A stretch of 63,901 nt of DNA, filler included. It is 9 parts of 9 records of this genome, joined end to end, with 100 filler letters (N's around TTAATTAATTAA, not from the genome) between each part and the next. Parts side by side here need not be neighbours in the genome. Positions count along the whole stretch, not along the records: positions 8,518 to 15,351 come from SRR31156797_82324; positions 15,452 to 21,863 come from SRR31156797_82523; 7 more parts are not named here. One strand, 5' to 3'. Below, piece by piece: positions 10,320-21,588 of this stretch. The notes under the pieces were generated by a model. That model ran no database searches and had not been told where the DNA came from. It saw only the letters and a list, made by a program, of their open reading frames with translations. Both the position numbers and the translations under genes were made by a program. Every line of letters begins with the position of its first letter. Position 1 is the first letter of the stretch.

Positions 10320-10408
10320 TCGCGGCGGCGTGGCTCCGTTCGGACCGACATCCCTTTCCATACAAAGTCCGGCTGGCGGTTAATGCCGACAGCCCTTAGA
10401 TTGCATCC

Positions 10409-11176
10409 ATGATCCCGTTTCGGACCACCGCACCCGGCGCTCAAATGCCGGTCGTGACAATGATGCTGATCGTCGCCAACATCGCGGTGTTCCTGTATCA
10501 GCTCGGCCTGACGCCTCGGGCCGAAATGGCCTTTACCTATACCTACGCCCTGGTCCCGGCGGTCTACACCAACCCGGATCTGGCCGAACATGCCGGGCTC
10601 AACCCCTACAATCCCTGGCCGCTTCTGACCAACACCTTCATGCACGGCGGCTGGCTGCATCTGATCTTCAACATGTGGACGCTGTGGCTGTTCGGGGTTG
10701 CCGTCGAGGGGCGCATGCGGATTTGGCGCTGTCTCGCCTTCTATTTGTTATGCGGAGTGGCGGGCAGTGCCGGACACCTGCTGTTCAATTGGGATTCCAC
10801 GGTTCCGGCCCTGGGCGCGTCGGGCGCCATCGCCGGCCTGCTCGGCGGCTATGCCCGGCTGTTCCCTGGCGCCCGGGTCTCGCTGGTCCAGCCGATCTTT
10901 ATTTTTCCGGTCATCTTTTCGGTGCCGGCCATCGCCTACACCGCCATCTGGTTCGGGCTTCAGGTCTGGCAGGGCACGGCCTCGGTCGATAGCGCTTCGG
11001 GCGGCGGCGTCGCCTGGTTTGCCCATATCGGCGGCTTCATGGCCGGGCTCGCCCTGGTGCAGGCGCTCGGCGGCCGGCTGTGGAAGGCATCGGCAAGTGG
11101 CCCGAAGGGTCTGGTCGTGCGCCCCGGGCCGTGGAAGCGCAAGGGGCCGCGCGACCGCAAGGGGCCGTGGGAATGA
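10409..11176 (+). CDS. Rhomboid intramembrane serine protease
   Basis: FMHGGWLHLIFNM, GASGA, AHIGG. Confidence 0.93.
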   Translation: MIPFRTTAPGAQMPVVTMMLIVANIAVFLYQLGLTPRAEMAFTYTYALVPAVYTNPDLAEHAGLNPYNPWPLLTNTFMHGGWLHLIFNMWTLWLFGVAVEGRMRIWRCLAFYLLCGVAGSAGHLLFNWDSTVPALGASGAIAGLLGGYARLFPGARVSLVQPIFIFPVIFSVPAIAYTAIWFGLQVWQGTASVDSASGGGVAWFAHIGGFMAGLALVQALGGRLWKASASGPKGLVVRPGPWKRKGPRDRKGPWE

Positions 11177-11934
11177 CCGTCATCTTCGAGGCGTCCGGGC
11201 TTGGCCTCGTCGAACTGGGCGTTGCCTCCCTGGTCGTGCTGATCGCCGGCATCGTGCGCGGCTTCTCCGGCTTCGGCATGTCGGCGATCATCGTCCTGGC
11301 GCTGTCCATGATCGTAGCGCCGGCCCAGGTCGTGCCGGTCGCCATGCTGCTGGAAATCGTCGCCAGCCTGCGCATGCTGCCGGGCTCCTGGCGCGACGTG
11401 AACTGGCGCCTGGCGGCCTGGCTGTTGCTCGGATCCGCCGTCGGCACGCCGATCGGCGCCTGGCTTCTGCTGCATCTGCCGGTGCCCATCATGCGCCTGA
11501 TCCTGTCGGTTTTCGTGCTCATCGTCTGCACCATCCTATGGCGCGGCTTCCGGCTGAGGGGGCACCCGTGCCCACCCTGGGGCTTGGCCGTCGGCGTTTT
11601 TTCGGGAACCGCCAACGGCGCCGCCTCCTTCGGCGGACAGCCGAACGCCTTGTTCCTGCTATCGGCCCCGATCTCGGCGGCTTCGGTCCGCGCCACCCTG
11701 GTCTTCATCGCGCTGATCACCGACATTTACGGTTCCGCCGTCTACAGTCTGACCGGGCTTCTGACCGCCGAGACCCTGTGGCGGGCGGCGCTGTTCCTTC
11801 CTCCCATGGCGGTCGGCATTGCGATCGGCCAAAAGGGCTTCCACACCTCGAAGCCGGAGACCTACCGGCTCGTCGCCATTCTGCTTCTGACCAGCCTCGC
11901 GATCGCCGGTCTGATCCGCACGCTTGTCGGTTAG
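11173..11934 (+). CDS. Sulfite exporter TauE/SafE family membrane protein
   Basis: AGIVRGFSGFG motif, multiple TM helices; ATGA overlap with the rhomboid stop. Confidence 0.85.
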   Translation: MTVIFEASGLGLVELGVASLVVLIAGIVRGFSGFGMSAIIVLALSMIVAPAQVVPVAMLLEIVASLRMLPGSWRDVNWRLAAWLLLGSAVGTPIGAWLLLHLPVPIMRLILSVFVLIVCTILWRGFRLRGHPCPPWGLAVGVFSGTANGAASFGGQPNALFLLSAPISAASVRATLVFIALITDIYGSAVYSLTGLLTAETLWRAALFLPPMAVGIAIGQKGFHTSKPETYRLVAILLLTSLAIAGLIRTLVG

Positions 11935-12021
11935 AAGCCAATGTCTGGATAAAAACCGCAAGCCCGGTCAAGCTTTGATATCCGATTGCTGCGACAACGG
12001 ATGCGAACGGAGGGGACGCCG

Positions 12022-12915
12022 ATGAAACCGACAACGGCAACCGACTACGAACGCCGCATCCTCAAGGTGCTGACCCATATCCAGGCCCATCTCGACGACG
12101 ATCTCGACGTCGAACGGCTGGCCGGCATCGCCAATTTCTCGCCCTATCATTTTCACCGCATCTTTCGCGGCATGGTCGGCGAGACGGTGATCGAACACCT
12201 GCGCCGCCTGCGCCTGGAACGGGCGGCATCGCATCTGCGTTACCGCAAACGGCGGATCACCGACGTTTCGCTGGATGCCGGCTACGACGCGCTGGAAGCT
12301 TTCTGCCGCGCCTTCAAATCCGCCTTCGGCTGTTCTCCTTCGGCCTACCGTTCCGCCGCCAAGCGGCCGCCGCGCGCGATCCGCTCGGGCGTCCACTATG
12401 CGCGGGACGGCCGCATCCGCACCTTCAAACCGGTTAAAGGAGAACATCCCATGGACGTAGCGATCATTGAAAAAGACCCCCAGGCCGTCGCCTTCGTGCG
12501 CCACACCGGCCCGTACGATACGGTCGGCCCTGCCTGGGAACGGCTCTGCTCCTGGGCCGGGCCGAAAGGCCTGATTACCAACCAAACGCCGTTCATCGGT
12601 GTCAGCTACGACGACCCGGACGTCACCGACCCCGACAAGATCCGTTACGATGCCTGTATCGGCATTGCAACGCCGGTCCTGCCCGAGGGTGATGTCGGCG
12701 TGCAGGAATTGCCCGGTGGTACTTTTGCAACCACCGTGTACAAGGGCCCCTATTCCGGCTTGAAGGATTGCTATGACTGGCTGATGGGCACCTGGCTGGC
12801 CGAAAGCGGCTTTGAAGCCGGCGGCTGCCCAACCTACGAGGTTTATCTGAACGCGCCGGACAAGGTCCCGCCCGAAGACCTGCTGACCGAGATCAACCTG
12901 CCGCTCAGCCGCTAA
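12022..12915 (+). CDS. AraC family regulator with C-terminal GyrI-like effector domain
   Basis: FSPYHFHRIF and AFKSAFGCSP HTH motifs; YDDPDVT..IRYDAC; EVYLN. Confidence 0.92.
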   Translation: MKPTTATDYERRILKVLTHIQAHLDDDLDVERLAGIANFSPYHFHRIFRGMVGETVIEHLRRLRLERAASHLRYRKRRITDVSLDAGYDALEAFCRAFKSAFGCSPSAYRSAAKRPPRAIRSGVHYARDGRIRTFKPVKGEHPMDVAIIEKDPQAVAFVRHTGPYDTVGPAWERLCSWAGPKGLITNQTPFIGVSYDDPDVTDPDKIRYDACIGIATPVLPEGDVGVQELPGGTFATTVYKGPYSGLKDCYDWLMGTWLAESGFEAGGCPTYEVYLNAPDKVPPEDLLTEINLPLSR

Positions 12916-13103
12916 TGCTTTAGACCCTTGCATGTTGGGTTTCCCCGGAGGCACCCCTGCCTCCGGGTTGCCGGGCGCAACTGCCCGATGCCTCCGCTTT
13001 TTCATATTTCAACCCTTGATGATGCCCAGTGCTTTTGCCAGGATGTGTGCAATTGCGTGTGCGCACAAACGCCAATGCACGCGAAATTAAATGGGGGGAT
13101 CGA

Positions 13104-13478
13104 ATGATCCGACTTGCCGTTCGCCTACTCCGGATTCTCGGAGGCCTTTTGCTTGTCCTCGTCATCGCCGGCTGTCAGACGACCGCGAACAAATATGCCG
13201 GGTCCGGGCCGCTCAGACTGAGCGCGTCGAAAACCAAGCATTTCCAGAAGTATCTGGACGAACACAATCGCGGCGCCTACGCCATCAGCGAGGACGGCGG
13301 CTGCGCCGTTTTCCGCTATTGTCCGGTATCGAGCTGCTTAGAACGCGACATCGGCTATTTTGCCGTCCAAAGCTGCGAATCCGGCTGCAAATCCACGTGC
13401 AAGCTGCTGGCCAAGGGCAAGACCGTCGTCTGGGACGGCCCGGTCACCGACGCCAACGGCAAGCTGCTGAACCCGTAA
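13104..13478 (+). CDS. Small Cys-rich lipoprotein, paralog 1
   Basis: Lipobox IAGC, six further Cys; clear paralog downstream. Confidence 0.75.
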   Translation: MIRLAVRLLRILGGLLLVLVIAGCQTTANKYAGSGPLRLSASKTKHFQKYLDEHNRGAYAISEDGGCAVFRYCPVSSCLERDIGYFAVQSCESGCKSTCKLLAKGKTVVWDGPVTDANGKLLNP

Positions 13479-13571
13479 GCTGCGCTTGCCCGGCACAACC
13501 CTTTTTGCGAGGATGACGGACCGCGCGTGTATTGGAGAAAAATACTCGCGCAATAAAGCGGGGAGGTTTCC

Positions 13572-13943
13572 ATGACTTCATGCGCCGCAATGGTCGTTCG
13601 CCTGCTCGTCGTCTTTCTTTTCGTTGCCCTGCCGACCGGCTGCGTCATGAACCAGTTCGCGGGCGAAGGTCCGCTTCGGCTTTCCGCCGAGGTCTCCGAG
13701 TTGTACGGCATCTACAGCATCCGGACCAAACCACTCTATTTCCTGGTCACCGACGACGGCCAATGCGCAGCTTACAGCTATTGCACCGACCTCGATAGAA
13801 ACTGCCGCAAAATCACCGTTTCCAAGGAATTCGAGCCCTGCGAATCGGATTGCGGCGCACCCTGCAAGACCCTTGCACGCCACGGCAAGATTGTCTGGAA
13901 AGGCCCGGTCACGCACGCCGATGGCAAGCTGCTGAATCCGTAA
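13572..13943 (+). CDS. Small Cys-rich lipoprotein, paralog 2
   Basis: GGAGG RBS, lipobox-like PTGC, same Cys spacing and GPVT.A.GKLLNP C-terminus. Confidence 0.75.
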   Translation: MTSCAAMVVRLLVVFLFVALPTGCVMNQFAGEGPLRLSAEVSELYGIYSIRTKPLYFLVTDDGQCAAYSYCTDLDRNCRKITVSKEFEPCESDCGAPCKTLARHGKIVWKGPVTHADGKLLNP

Positions 13944-13962
13944 TCGCGGTGCATAACCAATC

Positions 13963-14000
13963 GAAAACCCCCGCCCGGCATCCCGGACGGGGGTTTTTCG
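13963..14000. terminator. Bidirectional rho-independent terminator
   Basis: AAAACCCCCG-CCCGG..CCGG-ACGGGGGTTTTT between convergent genes. Confidence 0.8.
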
Positions 14001-14021
14001 TTAGGGTTTCGATGTGCCGGA

Positions 14022-15351
14022 TCAGGGTGCCGACGAGCCCCCCTTGATGATCAGGCCGTCGTCGCCGGCCGAAACCGTGATGGCTTCGCCGTCCTTGACC
14101 GCGCCTTCCAGGATCAGCCCGGCCAGCGGGTTCTGCAGATATTGCTGGATGACGCGCTTTAGCGGCCGGGCCCCGTAGGCCGGATCGTAGCCCTTGTCGG
14201 CCAGCCAGGATTTGGCCGCTTCGTCCAGCTCCATCTCCATGTGCCGGTCGCCCAACAGTTTGCCAAGCCGGCCCAGTTGGATATCGACAATCCCGTCCAT
14301 GTGATCGCGGCTGAGGCGGTGGAACAGGATGACCTCGTCCAGCCGGTTCAGGAATTCCGGCCGGAAGGCGCCCCGCACCACGTCCATGACTTGGTCGCGG
14401 ACGGCGTCCGAATCCTGCCCGGTCGGCTGGTTGGCCAGCACGTCGCTGCCCAGGTTCGAGGTCAGGATGATCAGGGTATTACGGAAATCGACCGTTCTTC
14501 CCTGCCCGTCGGTCAGGCGGCCGTCGTCCAGAACCTGCAAGAGCACGTTGAAGACGTCCGGATGGGCCTTTTCGACCTCGTCGAACAGAATCACCTGGTA
14601 TGGCCGACGCCTGACGGCTTCGGTCAGCGCGCCGCCTTCGTCGTAACCGACGTAACCCGGCGGCGCCCCGATGAGGCGCGCGACGGCGTGCTTTTCCATG
14701 TATTCCGACATGTCGATGCGGACCATCGCAGTCTCGTCGTCGAACAGGAATTCGGCCAGCGCCTTGGTCAGTTCGGTCTTACCGACACCGGTCGGGCCCA
14801 GGAACAGGAAACTGCCGATCGGGCGGCCGGCGTCTTGCAAACCGGCACGGGCCCGGCGCACGGCGTTCGATACGGCCGTCAGCGCTTCGTCCTGGCCGAT
14901 GACACGGCGGCCGATGTTTTCCTCCATACGCAACAACTTGTCACGTTCGCCTTCCAGCATCTTGTCGACCGGCACGCCGGTCCAACGCGACACCACCGAT
15001 GCGATATGTTCCGGCGTCACCGCCTCTTCCAGCATGCGGTGGCTTTCGGCGCCTTCGGCCTTGGCGATTTTCGCTTCCAGCTTCGGGATCAGGTCGTATT
15101 GCAATTCGCCGACCTTCTCCAGCGAACCCTCGCGCATCGCCTTTTCCACCGCAATACGGGCCTGATCCAATTCCTCCTTCAGGCGGGTCGATCCGGCCAG
15201 GGCCTGCTTTTCGCTTTCCCATTCGGCGGTCAGCGATCCGGCCTTTTTCTCGAAACCGGTCAGTTCCTTCTCCAGTTTCTTGAGGCGTTCTTTCGAGGCC
15301 TCGTCGGGTTCCTTCTTCAGGGCCTCGCGCTCGATCTTCAGCTGGATGATG
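14022..15351 (-). CDS. clpB: Chaperone ClpB, C-terminal part
   Basis: M-domain coiled coil; [36 protein letters not shown]. Confidence 0.96.
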
Positions 15352-15451
15352 NNNNNNNNNNNNNNNNNNNNNNNNNNNNNNNNNNNNNNNNNNNNTTAAT
15401 TAATTAANNNNNNNNNNNNNNNNNNNNNNNNNNNNNNNNNNNNNNNNNNNN

Positions 15452-16392
15452 AGAGTTTTGGAGACGTTGCGGCTGTCGCGGATGTTTCATTCAGTGTGAA
15501 TCGTGGAGAGCTTTTCGGCTTCCTCGGCCCAAATGGAGCAGGGAAGACTACCACCATAAATATGCTGACCGGTTTGGCCAGGCCTGATTCAGGCATTATC
15601 AGGTTTGACCAGATTGAAAGCACGAAGAACCCTAAACTGATACAACACCTCATCGGAGTTGTGCCTGACGAGAGCAATTTGTATCCCGAACTGACCGGCT
15701 TCGAGAACTTATGCTTTTGCGCGGCCATGTACGGACTTAATAAGTCAAGCCGTGAAGATCGCGCCCATAAACTCCTGAAGGAATTCGGCCTGGATCAGGC
15801 CGCCGAACGCAAATTCGGCGGGTATTCCAAAGGCATGAAAAGGAAATTAACCATTGCGGCCGGCATCATCCACCGACCGAAAATACTGTTTCTGGACGAA
15901 CCTACCACCGGTATCGATGTGGACAGCGCCCGCCGCATTCGCGAACGAATCAAACAGCTTAATGACGAGGGATGCACTGTTTTTCTAACCACTCACTATT
16001 TGGAGGAAGCGGAAAGGCTTTGCGACCGTATAGCCTTTATCGTTAAGGGGCGCGTGGTTCAGGTCGGCGCCGTTTCAATGCTCATGAGAGATTTTGAGGA
16101 TCGAAAAATACTTCAGTTTACTCTGAACAAAACAGACGCAAACCTGTGCGAACGGATCGGGAAAACGTTTCCCGGTCTTACGTGCACAATTTTATCAGGC
16201 ACGAACTTGCGCGTGTATTCAGATGAAACAATCGATATCGTCCCTATTGTTCAGTTGTTCAAGGATGAGGCTCTGGAAGTCATGGAAGCCAGAAGAATTC
16301 GCCCCTCATTGGAAGAAGTATTCGTCCAGGTGACAGGATTGGGCGCCGAAGTATTAAAAAATGATAAAGCAGGGCGAGGTAAAGGAAAATGA
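15452..16392 (+). CDS. ABC-2 type exporter ATP-binding protein (5' truncated)
   Basis: GPNGAGKTT, YSKGM, LDEPT. Confidence 0.92.
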
Positions 16393-17123
16393 AAATCTGG
16401 ATAGCATTTTGGAACATCCTCTGGAAAGATATGCGTACATACTACTTGAAGCCGCCCAATGTTAGCTGGGGTTTGATTTTTCCCCTGGCCTGGACAGCAA
16501 TGTTTTTTATAAAATCCGGCGGGGGATTCAGCATTTCCGAAATCCTGCCCGGGGTCGTCTGCATTTCAATTCTCTTTGGTACAACATCCATGCTAGCGGT
16601 TACCGTCACTTTTGAAAGGAAAGGGCGCTCTTTCGAAAGGTTAATGCTGGCGCCGATCCCTCTATCGCTCCTGATGCTGGCCAAGACATCCGGGGCCATC
16701 ATTTTCGGCATGTTCAACGCCCTGGTTCCGTTAATAATGGCTTCTTTCTTTATTGATTTGTCCGGTGTAGTCTGGGCGCCGGCTCTGGCCGCCATTTTTC
16801 TCATTGCCGTAAGCTCAACTTTTCTCGGCCTGTTTATAGCCGTATCCGTGAGCGAAGTTTTCGAGGCTCAGACATTTTCAAATTTTTTTCGGTTTCCAAT
16901 GATATTCCTTTGCGGATTGTTTTTTCCCATCAGCCGGCTGCCGATTTTTCTCAAGGTTGTCTCCTATTTCCTGCCTTTAACCTACGGCGCCGACATTTTG
17001 CACAACACGGTCGCCGGACGGCCTTCCATGTCCTTATGGATCGATTTTTCCGCACTGGTTCTGTTTTGCCTCTTTTTGCTTTTTATGTCGTTGAGAAATG
17101 TAAAGAGAAAATGGATTGTTTAA
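16389..17123 (+). CDS. ABC-2 type permease
   Basis: Six TM segments, ER..GSFERL motif, PLTY; coupled to the ATPase. Confidence 0.88.
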   Translation: MKIWIAFWNILWKDMRTYYLKPPNVSWGLIFPLAWTAMFFIKSGGGFSISEILPGVVCISILFGTTSMLAVTVTFERKGRSFERLMLAPIPLSLLMLAKTSGAIIFGMFNALVPLIMASFFIDLSGVVWAPALAAIFLIAVSSTFLGLFIAVSVSEVFEAQTFSNFFRFPMIFLCGLFFPISRLPIFLKVVSYFLPLTYGADILHNTVAGRPSMSLWIDFSALVLFCLFLLFMSLRNVKRKWIV

Positions 17124-17442
17124 TCTGTTAATAACATCGGCTGCGCTTAAGCATTTCGTCCTTAATAAAAATTGAAAAGGGAGCTGCATAAGCGCGCCTT
17201 AAAAAAAATTCTATCTCGTTTGATTAATTTCAAATCCGCAAATTCATAAAAAAAACAGCATAGGCGAAACATATCAGTGCGCTGTGATTCTAAGGATTAA
17301 TATGATATATAAACTGTATGTTCAGGTTTAGTGCTACGGTTACTCCGGCAAAGGCATCGTCCCTGGTTCCCCGATCCGCTTCTATAAATTTCTTAAGCGC
17401 TGCAAGCAGCGTCAAGGTCAGGATAAAGGGAAAAGTTAACAA

Positions 17443-18480
17443 TTGAATAATTCTCCTGGTATTAAGTCGTTAAGGCGCCTGGTTGGCTCGATTCTATTTA
17501 TCGCGCTAATCGTTTTAAGTTTGCAGCCGGCCCGGGCGAAGGAGCGGAACGAGTATAGTATTGCCACCGTGGCCTGGATGGGGTGGTCTCCGCTTCATGT
17601 CGCCCACGAAAAAGGATTTTGGGCGGATCAGGGAATAGTAGTAAACGTCGTTGATTTTGATAATCCCGTTGTGCTGCTTGAAGCCATCCGCGCGGGCCGC
17701 GTTGATTTTGCCATGGGCATGGTCGGAACCGTGGTGGGCGAATATATGACCGGAAGATCGCCGGTCTGCCTGATCGAAACCAACTGGTCGGACGGCGGCG
17801 ATAAAATAATTATTCAATCGGGCGGCAAGCTGCGGGATTTTATCGGCATGCCGCTTGGCGTTTTCTTAAATCAACCGTCATGCCTCTATTTCCTCGGAAC
17901 ATATCTGGCGACTCAAGGCCTAAATCTCAAAAATTTTCGCATAGTCGAAATCGGCGCCGAAGACCTTTCCGCACAATTTGTTGCCGGTAGAATCCCGGTT
18001 ATTGTCAATTACGACCCCTGGAACCAATCCGCACTTACCAAGGGAAACGGCGTGCTGTTAGCCTCATCATCTGATTATGAAGGATGCATTCCCGAAGGCA
18101 TGTGGACCTATCGTGACACATTGGGAGCCACGCCCCATGATGACATGAAAAAAATCCTGATTGGCTGGGTAAAAGCTGTTGAATGGCTGAATCAACCTGA
18201 AAACCGTGAGGAATTTTTTTCAATTCTAAGGCGTCGCACATTTAAAAACGAAAAGAATATGAAGGACGATGACCTGATACGACTTTGGGATAATGTCCGT
18301 ATTCATCAACCCGCGGAATTATATGAACGAAACCGGCAAGGAGGCGGACTCGACGGCTACTTAAGTGATTTGCGGTTATTTCTAAAAAAAAACGATAGAT
18401 TAAAAAGAAACTACGATAACAGGGATATCTTCGACAATCACCTTATAGTGGAAGTCCTATCGGAATATAATAAAGAATAA
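17443..18480 (+). CDS. NitT/TauT-type periplasmic substrate-binding protein
   Basis: Signal peptide; W.GWSPLHVA.EKG, WSDGGD.I, YDPW. Confidence 0.8.
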   Translation: MNNSPGIKSLRRLVGSILFIALIVLSLQPARAKERNEYSIATVAWMGWSPLHVAHEKGFWADQGIVVNVVDFDNPVVLLEAIRAGRVDFAMGMVGTVVGEYMTGRSPVCLIETNWSDGGDKIIIQSGGKLRDFIGMPLGVFLNQPSCLYFLGTYLATQGLNLKNFRIVEIGAEDLSAQFVAGRIPVIVNYDPWNQSALTKGNGVLLASSSDYEGCIPEGMWTYRDTLGATPHDDMKKILIGWVKAVEWLNQPENREEFFSILRRRTFKNEKNMKDDDLIRLWDNVRIHQPAELYERNRQGGGLDGYLSDLRLFLKKNDRLKRNYDNRDIFDNHLIVEVLSEYNKE

Positions 18481-18545
18481 TTTTAAGGCTGATTTCACTG
18501 GATAACGCTTATGGGCCCAACGATTTATCAGGCCAGGATTGAAAC

Positions 18546-21131
18546 ATGAAAACATTGACCGGCCGCTTTGCACTTGCCTTTTTATGCGTAATTATATTCT
18601 TTATCGCCCAGGGCGGATTCGCTGTTTTTAATCTTTACACCCTGTCCACAGTTCATGAAAATGCTCAACTCACCCAAATGCACTTTAAGGAGTTAAGCGC
18701 CGAACTGGATGCGTTGCGGCTTGTTGTATATAAGCTGCTTGGCACAATGAATCCCGACGAGATGGACAAATATTATCATGAGTATAAACAGCGAATGGAG
18801 GAACTTACCCTTAATCTTGTCGGCGCGGGTCTTGATCCCGGTCTGGTGGAAAAAAACAGGCTGACATACGTTATTCTGATCAACGAGCACTACAATTTTT
18901 CAGTTAAAACAGCTCGGCGGATGATTGAAAATGAATCAAAGAATCATCACGAAAAAATCGTTAAAGAACTAAAAAGCTTAAGCCTTTTGGCCGACGAAAG
19001 GGCAATGTCGGAGGTTAAAAAAGTCCGGCAAAACGGCATGCTTGCCACCATGGTTCTCGGTCTGGCCGCGCTGGCGACAGCTGTTATCTGGGCGATCGTT
19101 CTGTTGCGCACTGTTACCGACCGATCCGAAGCACAGGCCGCTGTTGACAGGGAAAGGAAGAGGCTGCAATTATTACTGGAAAATCTGCCGGGTCTGGTTT
19201 TTCTGCTTCGCCCGGATATGACAGTCCCCTTTGCCAATAAAAAATTTATGGAACTGATGGGCGAGCCCAAATCAAACAGTTATGTCAAGTTATTCGACAA
19301 ACACGAACCTCCATTCGACAAGTCTCTGATCAACCGGGTATTGGAAGACGACTCCGAAGTTGAAAAAGAATGGATCGGCCCGGATGGGCGGACCTATCAA
19401 ATTCACATCTACCCCTTTACGGAAGCAGATGGAATCCGGGTCGCCCTTAATATTGGTTATGACATCACCAGGCGGAAAAATGCAGAGCAGGCCCTCAGAG
19501 AAAGCGAGGCCTTCCACAGGGGTTTGTTTGAAAACTCAGCCATGCCGACATTTCTTCAGAACTTTAAAGCTGCCTTGGCCGCGGTACGCCGGCTAAGAGA
19601 GCAGGGGATAAAAGACCTTAGAAGCTATCTTGAAGAAAACCAGGATGAAATGCAAAGATTATCGGACCTGGTAACCATGACCCGGGTGAATCAGGCCGCC
19701 TTGGATCTATACCAGGCTGAATCCCCGGAAGAAATACTGGGAAGTCTTTCCCGCGTTCTATCCCCGGGAAAGTCCTCTCACTTTGTTGATCAACTCGAAT
19801 TGTTCGAAAAAGGGGGCGTCCTGTATGAAGGAGAAAGCGTTAACCATACCGCCAAGGGCGAAACCATTGATGTAATCATCCGTAAAAATGTTATTTCCAG
19901 CCCTAATAATGATTACTCCCAAGTGTTAGTGACGCTAACGGATGTAACTGAACTCCATAATGCCCACCAGGAAAAGGCCCTGCTGGAATCCCACCTGCAA
20001 CAGGCCCGTAAAATGGAAGCCATCGGAAGGTTGGCCGGCGGCATCTCCCATGATTTTAACAATATTCTTGCAGCCATGCTTGGCTATACCGAATTATTGC
20101 TTTTGGAAGCGCCAAAGGATTCAAAAACAACCGATAATTTAAACCAAATTATGAAAGCCGGCCGACGCGCCAAGGCCCTGGTTATGCAGATTCTTAATTT
20201 CAGCCGCCAGGGCGAGACCGAATTCAAAACCATTAACCTTGCGCCCATAATCAGGGAAGCTTCCAAATTAATCAGATCTATCATACCCACTACTATTGAG
20301 TTGAAAATTAATATCGATAATGAATCGTCGTCGATTAATGGAGATTCCACGCAGATTCATCAAATTCTTATGAACCTGTGCAGCAACGCTGAATTTGCAA
20401 TGAGACGCAAGGGCGGCGTCCTGGAAATCAAATTATCCAACATGGAACTGAACCGGCAAACAGTTCAAAAGACGGGCTTGCCCCCAGGTTTCTATTGTAA
20501 ATTGGTAGTAAAAGACACCGGGCAGGGCATGGATAAAAAAACAATCGAAAGGGCCTTTGATCCGTTTTTCACTACCAAGGACCAGGGCGAAGGAACCGGA
20601 ATGGGCTTGGCCGTCGTTTACGGTATTGTAAAAAAGCACCTGGGCGCCTTGACCGTGGATAGCGCTTTGCATGAAGGATCGACTTTCACAATATTATTAC
20701 CTCTTGTCCCTGACCTAACACGGTACTCGGAAGAGCCGGCCGGCATTGAGGCCCTGGGGGGAAATGAACAAATACTTTTCGTCGATGATGAACCTGTTAT
20801 CGCGGATCTGGGTAAAAAGCTGCTGGAACGTCTTGGATACCGGGTTATAAGCATGACTTCCAGCGTGGACGCTGTCGGTTTTTTCGAGACAAATAACCAG
20901 GACATAGACCTGGTGATGACGGATTACACCATGCCCGGTTTAACCGGGCTTGAAATGGCCGGCAAAATGCTCGAGATTAAACCCGACACTCCAATCATAC
21001 TGTGCACCGGCTTCAGCCACGAATTAAGCGAGGAAACAGCTTTACAGGCAGGCATAAAGCGGTTTCTATTTAAACCCCTCGAAATAAGCCAGACGGCAAG
21101 GACAATAAGGGATGTCCTCGACCGCTCATAA
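18546..21131 (+). CDS. Hybrid sensor histidine kinase/response regulator with PAS domains
   Basis: Two TMs, PAS, GGISHDFNN, FFTTK..GTGMGL, C-terminal REC. Confidence 0.93.
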   Translation: MKTLTGRFALAFLCVIIFFIAQGGFAVFNLYTLSTVHENAQLTQMHFKELSAELDALRLVVYKLLGTMNPDEMDKYYHEYKQRMEELTLNLVGAGLDPGLVEKNRLTYVILINEHYNFSVKTARRMIENESKNHHEKIVKELKSLSLLADERAMSEVKKVRQNGMLATMVLGLAALATAVIWAIVLLRTVTDRSEAQAAVDRERKRLQLLLENLPGLVFLLRPDMTVPFANKKFMELMGEPKSNSYVKLFDKHEPPFDKSLINRVLEDDSEVEKEWIGPDGRTYQIHIYPFTEADGIRVALNIGYDITRRKNAEQALRESEAFHRGLFENSAMPTFLQNFKAALAAVRRLREQGIKDLRSYLEENQDEMQRLSDLVTMTRVNQAALDLYQAESPEEILGSLSRVLSPGKSSHFVDQLELFEKGGVLYEGESVNHTAKGETIDVIIRKNVISSPNNDYSQVLVTLTDVTELHNAHQEKALLESHLQQARKMEAIGRLAGGISHDFNNILAAMLGYTELLLLEAPKDSKTTDNLNQIMKAGRRAKALVMQILNFSRQGETEFKTINLAPIIREASKLIRSIIPTTIELKINIDNESSSINGDSTQIHQILMNLCSNAEFAMRRKGGVLEIKLSNMELNRQTVQKTGLPPGFYCKLVVKDTGQGMDKKTIERAFDPFFTTKDQGEGTGMGLAVVYGIVKKHLGALTVDSALHEGSTFTILLPLVPDLTRYSEEPAGIEALGGNEQILFVDDEPVIADLGKKLLERLGYRVISMTSSVDAVGFFETNNQDIDLVMTDYTMPGLTGLEMAGKMLEIKPDTPIILCTGFSHELSEETALQAGIKRFLFKPLEISQTARTIRDVLDRS

Positions 21132-21588
21132 CAATTAAAATCGAGTTTTTATCTTTTCAACTTCCTTGATTGAATCAATTGATTAGCATACAATTACTGT
21201 GAATCATCAAACGTCGGGAATTGAAGTTGCGTTAATACTTGAGGCTATCCATGGCTTGGTCCGGGAAGTAGGACATCCCTACTCTTAAATAAGGGGTGTC
21301 CCCCATAGCCTTGCCGGGACTTGATATTCTATCATCAAAAGGGCGTATGGTTTTGGATGAATTATAAAAGCGTCGTAATTATGAGAAAAGAAAATGCGCA
21401 AAGGGCGCGGTTTATCTGGTTTTAACCAGGGGGATGGGTGTGTACTGTCCGCCCCGCCTTTTCCAATTCCCGGCAGCCAGCCGGGTGCAATTAAAATTTG
21501 ATTGAAAAAAGGCGCCGAAACAAGCCTGAACGGATGGGTTCGGCCGAAAAACGCAGAGTGATCATCTAATTTAAGGAAGGTAAGCAAC

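Noticed and set aside
3560-12040. Long antisense or alternate-frame ORFs (e.g. 3560-5041, 6822-7844, 10698-11978)
   Set aside because: Shadows of well-supported genes in GC-rich DNA, with no motifs.
17124-17442. Riboswitch in long intergenic regions (also 21132-21588, 34418-34643)
   Set aside because: No consensus recognised by eye; an Rfam/Infernal scan would be needed.
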